DNA of 36,640 nt, from positions 1-36,640 of the IMG/VR virus record IMGVR_UViG_3300042324_002041. The stretch is one strand, 5' to 3'. Below the pieces are notes generated by a model. That model worked only from the letters and a program-made list of their open reading frames with translations. It was not told the DNA's origin and ran no database searches. The stretch's first letter is position 1. Every line of letters begins with the position of its first letter. Made by a program: the position numbers and the translations under genes. Positions 7,668 through 17,181 of the stretch are shown one piece after another. Origin of the DNA: a virus. Taxonomy: Duplodnaviria; Caudoviricetes.

Positions 7668-7846
7668 TTTAATGTTTTCGCAATTTTAATTTTTAAGGGC
7701 TCTATAATGCAGGCTGAAAACTCGTCGTTAAAGAAGCCTGTGTCAACAACAAAATTTATACTTTCTTTTTCTGATATATTTGTAAAATCATGATCTTCAT
7801 CATATTTTTGTTTAGCAAGTTTTGCGTATTCTTCAATTGTTCTCAT
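7655..7846 (-). CDS. Hypothetical protein
   Basis: 63-aa ORF in the operon. Confidence 0.55.
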   Translation of the reverse strand: MRTIEEYAKLAKQKYDEDHDFTNISEKESINFVVDTGFFNDEFSACIIEPLKIKIAKTLKWKI

Positions 7847-8231
7847 ATAATTCCCATTCGCCTTTACTATTAGTAAAATAAACTTTTTTAAATTTTAATT
7901 GGCGAATTACATTAGAGCAACAATTACAAGGCTTACTCTGATTCAATTTGCCATTTCTGTCTATTCTTAGAACGGCAATAGAATATTTTTTGCAATCATT
8001 TTGTCCGAATCGAATACATGCAGATAATTCCGCATGTAGTCTAGAGAAATCTTCATATCCATATTTTTTAATTTTAGGGTGAGTTTTCTTACTATTGAGT
8101 CCTATTGATAATATTCTATTCTTTTTGAAAATAAAAGCTATGTGATAGCATCTATTCTTCCGAGATAGCTTCTTCCATGCTATTGCTTGGAATTTCTCTA
8201 AGAACTTCAGTTTTGTTGCCACTGGCATCAT
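7833..8231 (-). CDS. Zinc-dependent cytidine/dCMP deaminase-fold protein
   Basis: HAE and SKPCNCC motifs. Confidence 0.75.
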   Translation of the reverse strand: MMPVATKLKFLEKFQAIAWKKLSRKNRCYHIAFIFKKNRILSIGLNSKKTHPKIKKYGYEDFSRLHAELSACIRFGQNDCKKYSIAVLRIDRNGKLNQSKPCNCCSNVIRQLKFKKVYFTNSKGEWELYENN

Positions 8232-8328
8232 TGTCAGATTCTCTTTTTTTGGAAAAAATTAAATCCCAGTTTTCATTATACTTTTTATAATCTGAAATAC
8301 GATTTTTGTCGCCTTTTCCGTTTTGCAT
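8152..8328 (-). CDS. Small phage protein (58 aa), GKG..R..Y..NW..IF type
   Basis: My translation MQNGKGDKNRISDYKKYNENWDLIFSKK...; not in the ORF track; overlaps the 5' end of the deaminase gene. Confidence 0.55.
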   Translation of the reverse strand: MQNGKGDKNRISDYKKYNENWDLIFSKKRESDNDASGNKTEVLREIPSNSMEEAISEE

Positions 8329-8333
8329 ATATA

Positions 8334-8567
8334 CTAATTTACTTTTTTGAAAATTTCGTAGTCGCTTTTGTGCTCAACATATTTGTTCCATATAGGTTTA
8401 TGGATTTCCCTATTTCTGACTGCATACTCTCCTTTATATAGAGAATACGAACATTTGCCAACACTATCAAGATAAACATGAAGAAGTTTTGCCTTCTCCT
8501 TGCTTTCTTTGTTATTCTGTTTTTTTTCAATTAGATTTGAAATAAATTTAGAAAAGATATTTTTCAT
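8334..8567 (-). CDS. Hypothetical protein
   Basis: 77-aa ORF with upstream promoter. Confidence 0.6.
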   Translation of the reverse strand: MKNIFSKFISNLIEKKQNNKESKEKAKLLHVYLDSVGKCSYSLYKGEYAVRNREIHKPIWNKYVEHKSDYEIFKKVN

Positions 8568-8576
8568 TAGGACTTT

Positions 8577-8604
8577 AATATATAAAGAGAAAAAAGGTTG
8601 TCAA
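8577..8604 (-). promoter_or_regulatory. Sigma70-type promoter
   Basis: TTGACA (8604-8599), 16 bp, TATATT (8582-8577), 9 nt to ATG 8567. Confidence 0.65.
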
Positions 8605-8615
8605 ATTTTTTATTT

Positions 8616-9392
8616 TTATAAATTAATATTTTTACTCCTAATAAAATTTAAATCAAAAGTTGTATAATTTATAGGGTAAATATCAAAAGGCAAAGAACTA
8701 GGACAAGTATACCTCCATCCTTCTCCCCATTTTTTATTCAAATACTCAAAGTTAATTAAATTAATTTCCTCCAATCTTTTATAAAATTCTAAACTAGATT
8801 TTTTAGTTTGGCTACCATGTATAGAATATTCCGTATTTAATCCGGGTCCATGGAAATAAGGTTTGCTTAAGCCACATATTTTTTTAATATCACTATTATG
8901 CAATCTCATTATATAATCAGCATCTTCACAGTAAGCTGGAGTAAGATTTTCATCAAATAACCCGTACTGCTGAATTACAAAATCCTTAATCAGAAAAAGA
9001 TCCCATGCTCCTTGACCAAAATCCCCTCCATAAGGATGAATCATTCCTATCTCAGGATCATCAGCAGATAGTGATATTTCTTCAAGCAATCCGTTCGTAA
9101 ACGCTACATCATCATTGACTATAATCCAATAAGGAGAATTTATATAAGATTTTATAATCAAATTCCAAACAGCAGATACTCCTAAATTAGCAGGTAAATG
9201 ACAAATAAACAATTTTTCAATAAATTTATTTTCTACCAATTTCAAATTCTCAAGTTCTTCTGTTATTTCTCCATTACCGTTATTATTGAATATAATAAAA
9301 TTTTCTAATGGGTAATCTATACTTTCATATAGGCGTTTTACCCAGAAAGGATTCTTCATTACAGCCGTTCCTATAACAGGTATTTTATTCAT
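8616..9392 (-). CDS. Glycosyltransferase, GT-A fold (GT2-like)
   Basis: NLGVSAVWN, IVNDDV, GLFDEN..PAYCEDADY..R. Confidence 0.8.
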   Translation of the reverse strand: MNKIPVIGTAVMKNPFWVKRLYESIDYPLENFIIFNNNGNGEITEELENLKLVENKFIEKLFICHLPANLGVSAVWNLIIKSYINSPYWIIVNDDVAFTNGLLEEISLSADDPEIGMIHPYGGDFGQGAWDLFLIKDFVIQQYGLFDENLTPAYCEDADYIMRLHNSDIKKICGLSKPYFHGPGLNTEYSIHGSQTKKSSLEFYKRLEEINLINFEYLNKKWGEGWRYTCPSSLPFDIYPINYTTFDLNFIRSKNINL

Positions 9393-10030
9393 GAATTAAA
9401 GAAATACATGTGAAATAATCGACTCGATGGTATATCCCATCCAAAATATTCAGAAGCAGCATGTATTAATGATCCATCGAATATTACTAAACGATTAAAT
9501 ATATTCCCTACTGTATCAACCATTTCATAAGGAGTTTTATCAACAAATGTTTTTTGATTAAAAACTTTAAAGCCTTCTCCTTGATCCCAATTTATTTGAG
9601 ACGAATGATGTATTTTAGTTTCCTTGTGTCTAAAAAAACTTGTGCCACATTCTATCGGAGCATCAGGCGTAAGATATACCATAGCGGCCCATCTTTGATC
9701 ATCGCAATGATAAACTAAAGGTGTTCCAGCTTTGCAAGTCTGGAATCTCCCATTCATAGGTTGATCATCCCAGTCTGTAATTTTTTCGCCAATAATCTCT
9801 TCTATCCTCTCTTTGACGCCATCGAAAAAAAATTGTTTTCTCGTTCTCATACCTAAATACCCTTCATCATCAAAATAATATTGATTTAAAGCAAAATCTC
9901 TTACAGCTAAAGGATCTTCATAAAAATTATCTACTACGAATAAACGCTTATCTTTACCATTAGATAATTTTATTTTATCTGTTTCTATTATTCCCCAATC
10001 AGAATCGGGGGTTTTATCTATATATTTCAT
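9389..10030 (-). CDS. 2OG-Fe(II) oxygenase, DUF6445-like
   Basis: VVDNFY.DP..VR, HxD (HCD), AAMVYLTP, GTSF, FNRLVIF...HA, RL..FF. Confidence 0.8.
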   Translation of the reverse strand: MKYIDKTPDSDWGIIETDKIKLSNGKDKRLFVVDNFYEDPLAVRDFALNQYYFDDEGYLGMRTRKQFFFDGVKERIEEIIGEKITDWDDQPMNGRFQTCKAGTPLVYHCDDQRWAAMVYLTPDAPIECGTSFFRHKETKIHHSSQINWDQGEGFKVFNQKTFVDKTPYEMVDTVGNIFNRLVIFDGSLIHAASEYFGWDIPSSRLFHMYFFNS

Positions 10031-10037
10031 ATTTATT

Positions 10038-10721
10038 TTAATATTTTATTTTTAAAAAACTATCCATATAGTCAGAGAATTTATTAATTCCGAAATCAGA
10101 ATAATGCCCTAAATTGCTAGACATTACTTCATCTTGACTATAACTAGATAATACATTTGAAGGGTTAATAAAAACAATATTATATTTTTCACAAATAGTA
10201 GACAATAAATTTATTAAATTATGTCTTGAACTAATATATTCGTTATTTTTTTTCGAATCATAATGAGAAATAATAATAATTTTTTTAGGATGTAAATTTT
10301 TTTTTATTTCCAGAATATCACTTTCAATTTCTTCGTCGCTTTGTTGTTCTATTTTATAATTATCTAAAATTTCATTAGGAGTATTCCTATTATACTCTAA
10401 AAATCTTTTGTCAACACATAAATGATGTAAATAAAAATTATTATGAATATATTTTTTACGAGAACATATCTCTATAATGAATAATTCTGTATCTAAAAAA
10501 AGTTTATTATAATACTCATTATAATCTATAAATTTATCGTTATATATCCCAGATCTAAAACATACTTTATTATATGGACTTGGTATAATTAATTCGTTTT
10601 TTAAAAACCTAATAAATTGTATAATTTCCTTTGTTGAGTGAGGATAATTAATAAGATTATTTAAATTATTATGATTAGATATTTTATTTAATCTACAAGT
10701 ACCAAATAAAGTAATTGACAT
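10038..10721 (-). CDS. Polysaccharide-biosynthesis-associated protein, possibly SGNH/GSCFA-like
   Basis: N-terminal FGTCR, IIEICS, C-terminal GHY; very AT-rich. Confidence 0.45.
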   Translation of the reverse strand: MSITLFGTCRLNKISNHNNLNNLINYPHSTKEIIQFIRFLKNELIIPSPYNKVCFRSGIYNDKFIDYNEYYNKLFLDTELFIIEICSRKKYIHNNFYLHHLCVDKRFLEYNRNTPNEILDNYKIEQQSDEEIESDILEIKKNLHPKKIIIISHYDSKKNNEYISSRHNLINLLSTICEKYNIVFINPSNVLSSYSQDEVMSSNLGHYSDFGINKFSDYMDSFLKIKY

Positions 10722-10726
10722 ATACT

Positions 10727-12307
10727 TTACTTTTTTTTGAAAGTTAGCTTTTGTTCATATTCAGATAATGAAAAACTATTCTCTTGTTCCAATACAAGAT
10801 TAAAATTATTTTGCTCCATAAAATTCAAAATTTCTTGTTTAGAAGCCGAGTTTTTATATAGAGGTTTAATTTGTACCTCTGTTTCTACGATATCTACTTT
10901 ATCAATCATTTCTCCAAGAGATTTAAGAACATTAAAATCACTTCCTTGAGTATCCACTTTAAGAAAATCTATATATTCAATACAATTCTCTTTCATAAAT
11001 GTATCAATTCTTTTTGTTTGAACTGGAATTACTGATATTAACTCGTCATAACCAGAATCTTCTTGTTCGCATTTTTTTGCGAACTCCCCTTCTTTATCAA
11101 TTTCTAAAAAAGAAGAGTAACCATAATGATCATGCCAATTAAATTGTTTAAAGCTATCCTCGTCAGAAATCCCAATCTGGAAACATTTCACTCTAGGATC
11201 ATTTTTATATTTTTCGGAAAGGATATTAAACGCATAAGGAGAAGGTTCGAATGCATAAATTTCATCAAATTCTTCGAAATTACAAATTGTCTCCCCTATA
11301 CAGGCCCCTACATCAAAACCTATTTTTTTTCTTGCTTTACTTGAAGTAACAGATCGCTCTTCTATACAAATTTTATCTATAATTTCAGAATTAAATCCCA
11401 TCATTTCTTCAACTATTGAGGATGGACATTCTATAATAAAATTTTCACGTTCATCAATTGAAATTGAAAGTAAAAACTGATTATCTTGATAAATTAATCC
11501 TGCACAAAATTCTATACCTTGACTAAAAAAGAAAAATTCTTCGGAAAATTTAATTAAATTCCAATCTTTATCCCAAAATAAAAATCGGTGCCCAGTTTTA
11601 TAGGGCCAATCTATATATGTAGTATAATAATTCTCATGGACCACTGCCAGATATCCGCCCTTCCAAGAAATTACTTGAGAACTTCCTCTTAAATTTTCTT
11701 TTAAATTTTCTAATTTAGTGTTCTGTTCTTTTTTATAAACAACTGTCGTAGTATTTTTTTCAATATCATATTTTATGATTTCTGTTGGATTTGACCATCT
11801 TACAAAATGATATGGCATTTCAAGAATTGGCATCCAATTTTTTTCCCAATTATTATCACTTTCTTCTGGTGATAAAATAAGATATCTAGAAATCTCAGAT
11901 ATTACTCCATTTGCAATTTCAACTTCTGATAAATAAATCCTACGTCTTACCGATGTGGGGGAGTCATATCTATCATTTCCACAAAGATACATCTTATTGT
12001 GCCATTTAACTAATCTTACATCTTCTAATCCATGATATTCACGTAATGGCAATACATCAAACTTTGAAGTATCTACAATAAATTTTTCTTTAATTTGGAA
12101 ATTAGAATTTAGAATTGAAAAGTGATTTGAATTAGTATTATTTGTTCGATCAAAACAGCGGAGATTCAGAAATACGCTATCATTACAATTCATAAAAATT
12201 GAAGCAGTTAGAAAAAGTAAATTTTCCTTATGTTCTAATTCTATTTTTGTAACAGAACCTCCAGCATTGATAACTTCGGATGTAAAATTTGAAGTATTTT
12301 TTTTCAT
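10727..12307 (-). CDS. Beta-propeller glycosidase-like domain fused to FkbM-family methyltransferase
   Basis: N-terminal GLEDVRL, EKNWMP, LRGSSQ, IEFCAGL; C-terminal FDVGACIG, AFEP, FLKVDTQGSD. Confidence 0.8.
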   Translation of the reverse strand: MKKNTSNFTSEVINAGGSVTKIELEHKENLLFLTASIFMNCNDSVFLNLRCFDRTNNTNSNHFSILNSNFQIKEKFIVDTSKFDVLPLREYHGLEDVRLVKWHNKMYLCGNDRYDSPTSVRRRIYLSEVEIANGVISEISRYLILSPEESDNNWEKNWMPILEMPYHFVRWSNPTEIIKYDIEKNTTTVVYKKEQNTKLENLKENLRGSSQVISWKGGYLAVVHENYYTTYIDWPYKTGHRFLFWDKDWNLIKFSEEFFFFSQGIEFCAGLIYQDNQFLLSISIDERENFIIECPSSIVEEMMGFNSEIIDKICIEERSVTSSKARKKIGFDVGACIGETICNFEEFDEIYAFEPSPYAFNILSEKYKNDPRVKCFQIGISDEDSFKQFNWHDHYGYSSFLEIDKEGEFAKKCEQEDSGYDELISVIPVQTKRIDTFMKENCIEYIDFLKVDTQGSDFNVLKSLGEMIDKVDIVETEVQIKPLYKNSASKQEILNFMEQNNFNLVLEQENSFSLSEYEQKLTFKKK

Positions 12308-13641
12308 TGTAATAAAAATATATTTCGAGATTTTTTTATACTATTATCTACATTTATTATTTTATTCACAATTTCCATATTCACAAGATCAGGATGAACC
12401 CACCAATCTTCGTATGGCCTATTATCATCTGGAGAAATATTGCTAATTACTCTTAAATACCCAAGGCCTTCAAGATAGTTTTTCGACTTTTCTTGAAAAG
12501 ATTTAGTTTCATCTATATAATAATCATGCTCATAAGTAATAATAGCAAATTTATATTTATCAAATGGTATTTTATTTAGAATATCATAAGTAATATTAGG
12601 AGGATCACAATCAAGTTGCAAATAATCTATATTATTAGGCATACGACAATCTTCTAAAAGATAGGCATAGTCAACTTCTCTAGCGTCTAAACAAACAGAC
12701 ACATTTCCACGGTCTCTGAAATGTCTTTCCGATGACTCAGGATCTATATCCAATGTTATTCCATACCAATCAAACTTAGACTCTAATAAATAAGTATTAT
12801 TACCATAAAAAGGTAGACCCCCTCCTATCTCTAAATAAGTGCCATTTCTTTTTCCATTTAATAGAGTAAGAATAAATATATCTTGGAATGCCTCTGAGTA
12901 ATTTCTATCTATATGCTCGCAGTTATTAAAATTATATTTTAAATTCTTAAAATCTTTTCTATAATATAAATTTAAATTATTTTCAGACATTTCTATTTCT
13001 TGCGATTTAGATCTACAAAATGAATAAAAATTACTTTCGTCTTTCCATGCTTTTAAATTTTTTAAATTATAAATTACAGAATTTTTATGCAACTTATCTA
13101 ATGGTTCATATATTGACAAATATTTAAAATAGTCTCGCGACTCTTCGCATAAACCTGTATGCCAACTAGATACAGCTTTTTCAAAAATTATACCGTAAAA
13201 TCCCGGATAATCTAATTTAGTTCTTAATTTGCTAGGATTTCTAGAACTTACTTTTTCACCAATAGAAGCTATTAAATAAGAATCAGACCATCTAAAAGAT
13301 CTCTCATAAAATCTACTTAAATAAAAATAACCTTCTGGCCTTTTAGGCATTAAAGCTACACAATGTTTTAGCATTCCTTCCACAGAGTTATTTCTACATC
13401 CCTGAGAATCAAAACATATAGAAGCTTTTATCAATGCTTCATACATCAATATATCTTCAGTCGATCTTTCAGCTGCCCTTAAATAATAAGAAATAGCAGA
13501 CGCTGTCTGTCCTATCTCGTGATAGTAAACACCTATATTAAAATTAGCTTCTGGACAATCAGGAGACTCTATATAATTATATAATAAAGATTTTAATTTA
13601 TCTTTTTGCATTATCTTTTCAGAATTATTTATTCTATCCAT
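12304..13641 (-). CDS. TPR domain fused to FkbM-like methyltransferase
   Basis: TPR-like helices (A.SYYLRAAE, P.RPEGYFYLSR); C-terminal QD.F, GTYLEIG, NNTYLLE, IDYLQLD.DP, ITYEHD, EDWWVHP. Confidence 0.75.
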   Translation of the reverse strand: MDRINNSEKIMQKDKLKSLLYNYIESPDCPEANFNIGVYYHEIGQTASAISYYLRAAERSTEDILMYEALIKASICFDSQGCRNNSVEGMLKHCVALMPKRPEGYFYLSRFYERSFRWSDSYLIASIGEKVSSRNPSKLRTKLDYPGFYGIIFEKAVSSWHTGLCEESRDYFKYLSIYEPLDKLHKNSVIYNLKNLKAWKDESNFYSFCRSKSQEIEMSENNLNLYYRKDFKNLKYNFNNCEHIDRNYSEAFQDIFILTLLNGKRNGTYLEIGGGLPFYGNNTYLLESKFDWYGITLDIDPESSERHFRDRGNVSVCLDAREVDYAYLLEDCRMPNNIDYLQLDCDPPNITYDILNKIPFDKYKFAIITYEHDYYIDETKSFQEKSKNYLEGLGYLRVISNISPDDNRPYEDWWVHPDLVNMEIVNKIINVDNSIKKSRNIFLLQ

Positions 13642-13654
13642 TTTAAATTAAACT

Positions 13655-14635
13655 TTAACTATAAATAAAATCTCTTATAAAAGATTTGGGAGATTTTAAA
13701 ATATAAGCAGCGTTGTCTTGAAAACCAAAAGTTATCAAATAAGAATCTTTATGTTCAGCTAATCCTATACAGAATTCCACATCAGCATTCATAAAATTAA
13801 ATTCAGGAGTAACTTTTATAATATTGAAATTTTTATCCCATACAACAAATCTATGATAATAGATAGCGTCTTTTCTACCTACTTCACTTGAAAATAAATC
13901 TACCTCATGAGTTATAGCGAAATAACCATCTTCAAAAGGTAATACTTGAGACCCCCCTCTCAGATCTCTAGGTAGAGGAATATCTTTACTAACATTAACA
14001 GTTTTTGATAATGCCTTTGAAATATCTATATTAACCAATTCAGTAGGATTAGACCACTTAATATAATGGAAAGGCATGTCTAAAATTGGCATCCAATTTT
14101 TTTCGCAATATGAATCTAAATTAGTAGACAATTCTATCCTAGTTCTATTTACTTCTTTAACTTCATTATTATAGACTTCTATTTCAGATAACTCCATTCT
14201 TCCTTGACCATTTGTAGTCGTATCTCTCCGAACTCCCGAAATAAACAATTTTTTATCCCAATTTATTATACGAGCATCCTCTAAGCCTACAAAATCCCAC
14301 AATGGATCATAAGTATCAAATTTACTAGTATCTATTTTAAAAATTTTTTCAATATCTAAATTATCTGATAATTCGCAATACCAATTCCATGTTCTTAAAT
14401 GCACATCATTCTCAGGATGTATATAAGTTAATGGACCATAAGGATGTTGAAATAATTTTCTTTCAGAATGATAGAATGTATAATTAACATGACGAACTAT
14501 AACTATAATTTTGCCATCTTTAACCATGACAGAAGGATTCATAAGTCCTGTACCATTAGTAAGTTCAGAAGGAATTATAAGAGGGGCTATCTCTCCCCCT
14601 TTATTTATGCTACATCTTACGAAATTTTTTTCCAT
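13655..14635 (-). CDS. Five-bladed beta-propeller glycosidase-like protein (GH130/GH43-like fold)
   Basis: NPSV, GLEDAR, EKNWMP, LRGGSQ, VEFCIGL, FG.QD; paralog of the N-terminus of 10727..12307. Confidence 0.7.
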   Translation of the reverse strand: MEKNFVRCSINKGGEIAPLIIPSELTNGTGLMNPSVMVKDGKIIVIVRHVNYTFYHSERKLFQHPYGPLTYIHPENDVHLRTWNWYCELSDNLDIEKIFKIDTSKFDTYDPLWDFVGLEDARIINWDKKLFISGVRRDTTTNGQGRMELSEIEVYNNEVKEVNRTRIELSTNLDSYCEKNWMPILDMPFHYIKWSNPTELVNIDISKALSKTVNVSKDIPLPRDLRGGSQVLPFEDGYFAITHEVDLFSSEVGRKDAIYYHRFVVWDKNFNIIKVTPEFNFMNADVEFCIGLAEHKDSYLITFGFQDNAAYILKSPKSFIRDFIYS

Positions 14636-14653
14636 ATTTATAATTTAAATATT

Positions 14654-15943
14654 TTATTCTGCGCTATCTAATAGTTGAGTTTCCAATCCTAAGAATTTGA
14701 GATCCTTGAGCTTGTAAGCTTCCCATTTAAAAGGAACTTGTCGAGAAACAACTATACCTTCCATTGGGAGTCGAGCAGAGCATAAAGGATCTACTTTATC
14801 TAGATACTCGGCTTCTAATCTCTTTAAAAAAGTTTTACTCCATTCAGGAGAATCAGAAGGGATATCAAATAAATCCTTAGCTTTCCCATAATAATAAGTT
14901 TCTGGAGTTTTTAACTGTTTCTTCTTGCAGTAAGCTTGAATTTGCTCATGAGAAAAAGAAATAACTTCCCCATCTTGATTAGTATAATCAATTCTGAATA
15001 CTAGGAAATCTCTTTGCCCTTTAAGAATTCCATAATCATATGGGGTTTGGATCATTGACTGCCCATTTACCCAGCCAATTACCTCTCCATAAACAGAGAT
15101 ACCCTTATCCAACTTTGGATAAACTTCATCAGCAACAGACTTCCAAATATCCTCTTTGTAAAAGCCTTTTGAAATTCCAATTGCAATATCTTTATTTTTG
15201 ATTACATTTCTAGAAGCATAAAGCATCCCGTATTCTTCTTCTGATACTTTGAATCCCAGAAGCTTAACAAGCTTTTCTAAGAGAGAAAGACGGCGCTTGA
15301 TTAAAACATTAGCTACTACACCATTACTTCCATGATATTTATTTGTAATAGAAATATAATCCTCAGGATTAATCTTATAGATTTCTTTTCTCAAATTTTC
15401 CGTATCAGAATGGAGTCTGAATTGATTCTCTACTAATCTTTCAAATTTTTTGACTTTTGTTTTCGGAGATGGAAAACTACTCTCTTGAACAGGCGGCTCA
15501 TATTTAGAAATAAATAATTCACCGCAAATGGTATCAAAAGAAATATTCTCTTCAGCATCTTTTAAAAACACACCGTACTCACTAGAAACAAATTCGCAAA
15601 ATTTTTCAAAAGGAATAATATATCCATTAGAATACTCACCTCTTAATTTTATCATTTTGACTCTGCCTTTAGCATCAAAAAATCCTTTGATAATTTTATC
15701 TTGATTTAAAAGAGGATCTCTAAAAGAATTACTCCAAGACAAAAACTTTGAAGAGATTTGACTTTCAACAGGACAATACACGCAAATATCACCGACTTTA
15801 GAAGTTAAGCCAGTAACAACTACTGAATTCTGTACCTCTGCCAATTGCAATTTATCAGCATTTGGGTGAGGGTAAACAGAATCCAATTTTAAAATTTGAG
15901 CTAAATAATTTGAATTATAATCTTTAGAAGTAGAGAGAGCCAT
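14654..15943 (-). CDS. ATP-dependent RNA ligase (DRB0094/Rnl2-like) with N-terminal tRNA-binding-like OB domain
   Basis: HPNADKL and LRGEYS.G at the N-terminus; motif I TNKYHGSN; YGEVIG; EGIVV; YKLK. Confidence 0.85.
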   Translation of the reverse strand: MALSTSKDYNSNYLAQILKLDSVYPHPNADKLQLAEVQNSVVVTGLTSKVGDICVYCPVESQISSKFLSWSNSFRDPLLNQDKIIKGFFDAKGRVKMIKLRGEYSNGYIIPFEKFCEFVSSEYGVFLKDAEENISFDTICGELFISKYEPPVQESSFPSPKTKVKKFERLVENQFRLHSDTENLRKEIYKINPEDYISITNKYHGSNGVVANVLIKRRLSLLEKLVKLLGFKVSEEEYGMLYASRNVIKNKDIAIGISKGFYKEDIWKSVADEVYPKLDKGISVYGEVIGWVNGQSMIQTPYDYGILKGQRDFLVFRIDYTNQDGEVISFSHEQIQAYCKKKQLKTPETYYYGKAKDLFDIPSDSPEWSKTFLKRLEAEYLDKVDPLCSARLPMEGIVVSRQVPFKWEAYKLKDLKFLGLETQLLDSAE

Positions 15944-15948
15944 AATTA

Positions 15949-15976
15949 AATATACAAAAATTTTTTAATCTGTCAA
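15949..15976 (-). promoter_or_regulatory. Sigma70-type promoter, probably leaderless
   Basis: TTGACA (15976-15971), 16 bp, TATATT (15954-15949), 5 nt to ATG 15943. Confidence 0.7.
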
Positions 15977-16375
15977 CTAAATTTTAACCATTTTTATATC
16001 GTATTTCTTTGCTATCTCAGAAACTTGAAAATAGTCAATATATACATCTTTAAAAATTACTTTTTTAATACCGAACATTGCAATGTCCATAATACAATGC
16101 TGACATGGAGACAGCGTAATGGCTATTATTTTTGCTTCTCCGGGCTTGCAATAACGAAGAGCTGATCTCTCTGCATGAGACACAAACGGCCTTCTAGAGT
16201 CTCTGTCTGACCAATCTATATCATACCCCGGAGGGCTACCATTGTAGCCTAATGCAGCAACACTATTATCATGTCTTAATACACAAGCCCCGACCTTCAT
16301 ATAAGGATCTTCAGATCTTATAGAAGCTGTTTCCGCTAATTTTAAAGCGTATTCTTCCCAAGAAATTCTATTCAT
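15977..16375 (-). CDS. dCMP deaminase
   Basis: RSEDP..KVGA, GYNG.P.G, HAE, TLSPCQHC. Confidence 0.9.
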   Translation of the reverse strand: MNRISWEEYALKLAETASIRSEDPYMKVGACVLRHDNSVAALGYNGSPPGYDIDWSDRDSRRPFVSHAERSALRYCKPGEAKIIAITLSPCQHCIMDIAMFGIKKVIFKDVYIDYFQVSEIAKKYDIKMVKI

Positions 16376-16725
16376 GATTCTAATCCATCAAAATCTTCTT
16401 CATCATCATCTTCCCCTTCATCTAATTCCATCTCTCCATCATCCCCCTGCAAGAAAGAAATAGTATCCTCAAAAGAAACTTCTTGCATTTTTTTAGAAAT
16501 GTTTAACAAATCTTGACTTTTATCAGAATAATGAGCTGAAGCTAATGATAAGATTAGATTGCAACAAAAAAGAACCTGTTTTTCATCCATTGATTCCAAA
16601 GCGCAATGATTAAGAATATTATGCCAATTAACGAAGGCTACTGTAGATATTTTTTCAGCACTATCAGGGAAAACATTCTCTATTATAGACAACATAGTCT
16701 CTACATTATTTTTTTCAGTTTCCAT
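16372..16725 (-). CDS. Hypothetical protein with acidic tail
   Basis: 117 aa, D/E-rich C-terminus. Confidence 0.65.
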   Translation of the reverse strand: METEKNNVETMLSIIENVFPDSAEKISTVAFVNWHNILNHCALESMDEKQVLFCCNLILSLASAHYSDKSQDLLNISKKMQEVSFEDTISFLQGDDGEMELDEGEDDDEEDFDGLES

Positions 16726-16728
16726 ATA

Positions 16729-17181
16729 TTAATTAGTTATTCCTTTTATAAGTTTCTTTTTAGCTCTGAATTTCATAGACCTTGAACCTGAACCTTTCAT
16801 CAAGCAATCAAAATGATTAGGACTAAGGTCTTTTAAAGAATTAGAAATATCAATACTCTCTAAATCGGAAAAAGATTTATCTTTCTGAGTAGATGTATAC
16901 TTATAAGATACTTTCTTTCTTTTTATAAAGTTTTGAATTCTATTATTTATACAAACAGAACAGAATGTTAAAAATTTAGTTTTGTTTTCAGGGTCAAAAG
17001 CATATATAGCGGAGATGATTGCATCATGCGATTCCGATAATAAGTCCTCTGTATAGCCGAAATTCTTATATTTATTGCAAACAATAGTTTGAGCTAACTT
17101 ATAAGACTTCTCTAGGATTTCTTTCCCTATTGAATAATCTCCAGTTAAACAAAAATTTTTAACTTTTTCTTCTAGAATCAT
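16729..17181 (-). CDS. Small sigma70-family RNA polymerase sigma factor
   Basis: Region 2 pattern EDLLSE....I.A...FDP....F.TF....I.N.I.NF; region 4 is reduced. Confidence 0.75.
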   Translation of the reverse strand: MILEEKVKNFCLTGDYSIGKEILEKSYKLAQTIVCNKYKNFGYTEDLLSESHDAIISAIYAFDPENKTKFLTFCSVCINNRIQNFIKRKKVSYKYTSTQKDKSFSDLESIDISNSLKDLSPNHFDCLMKGSGSRSMKFRAKKKLIKGITN

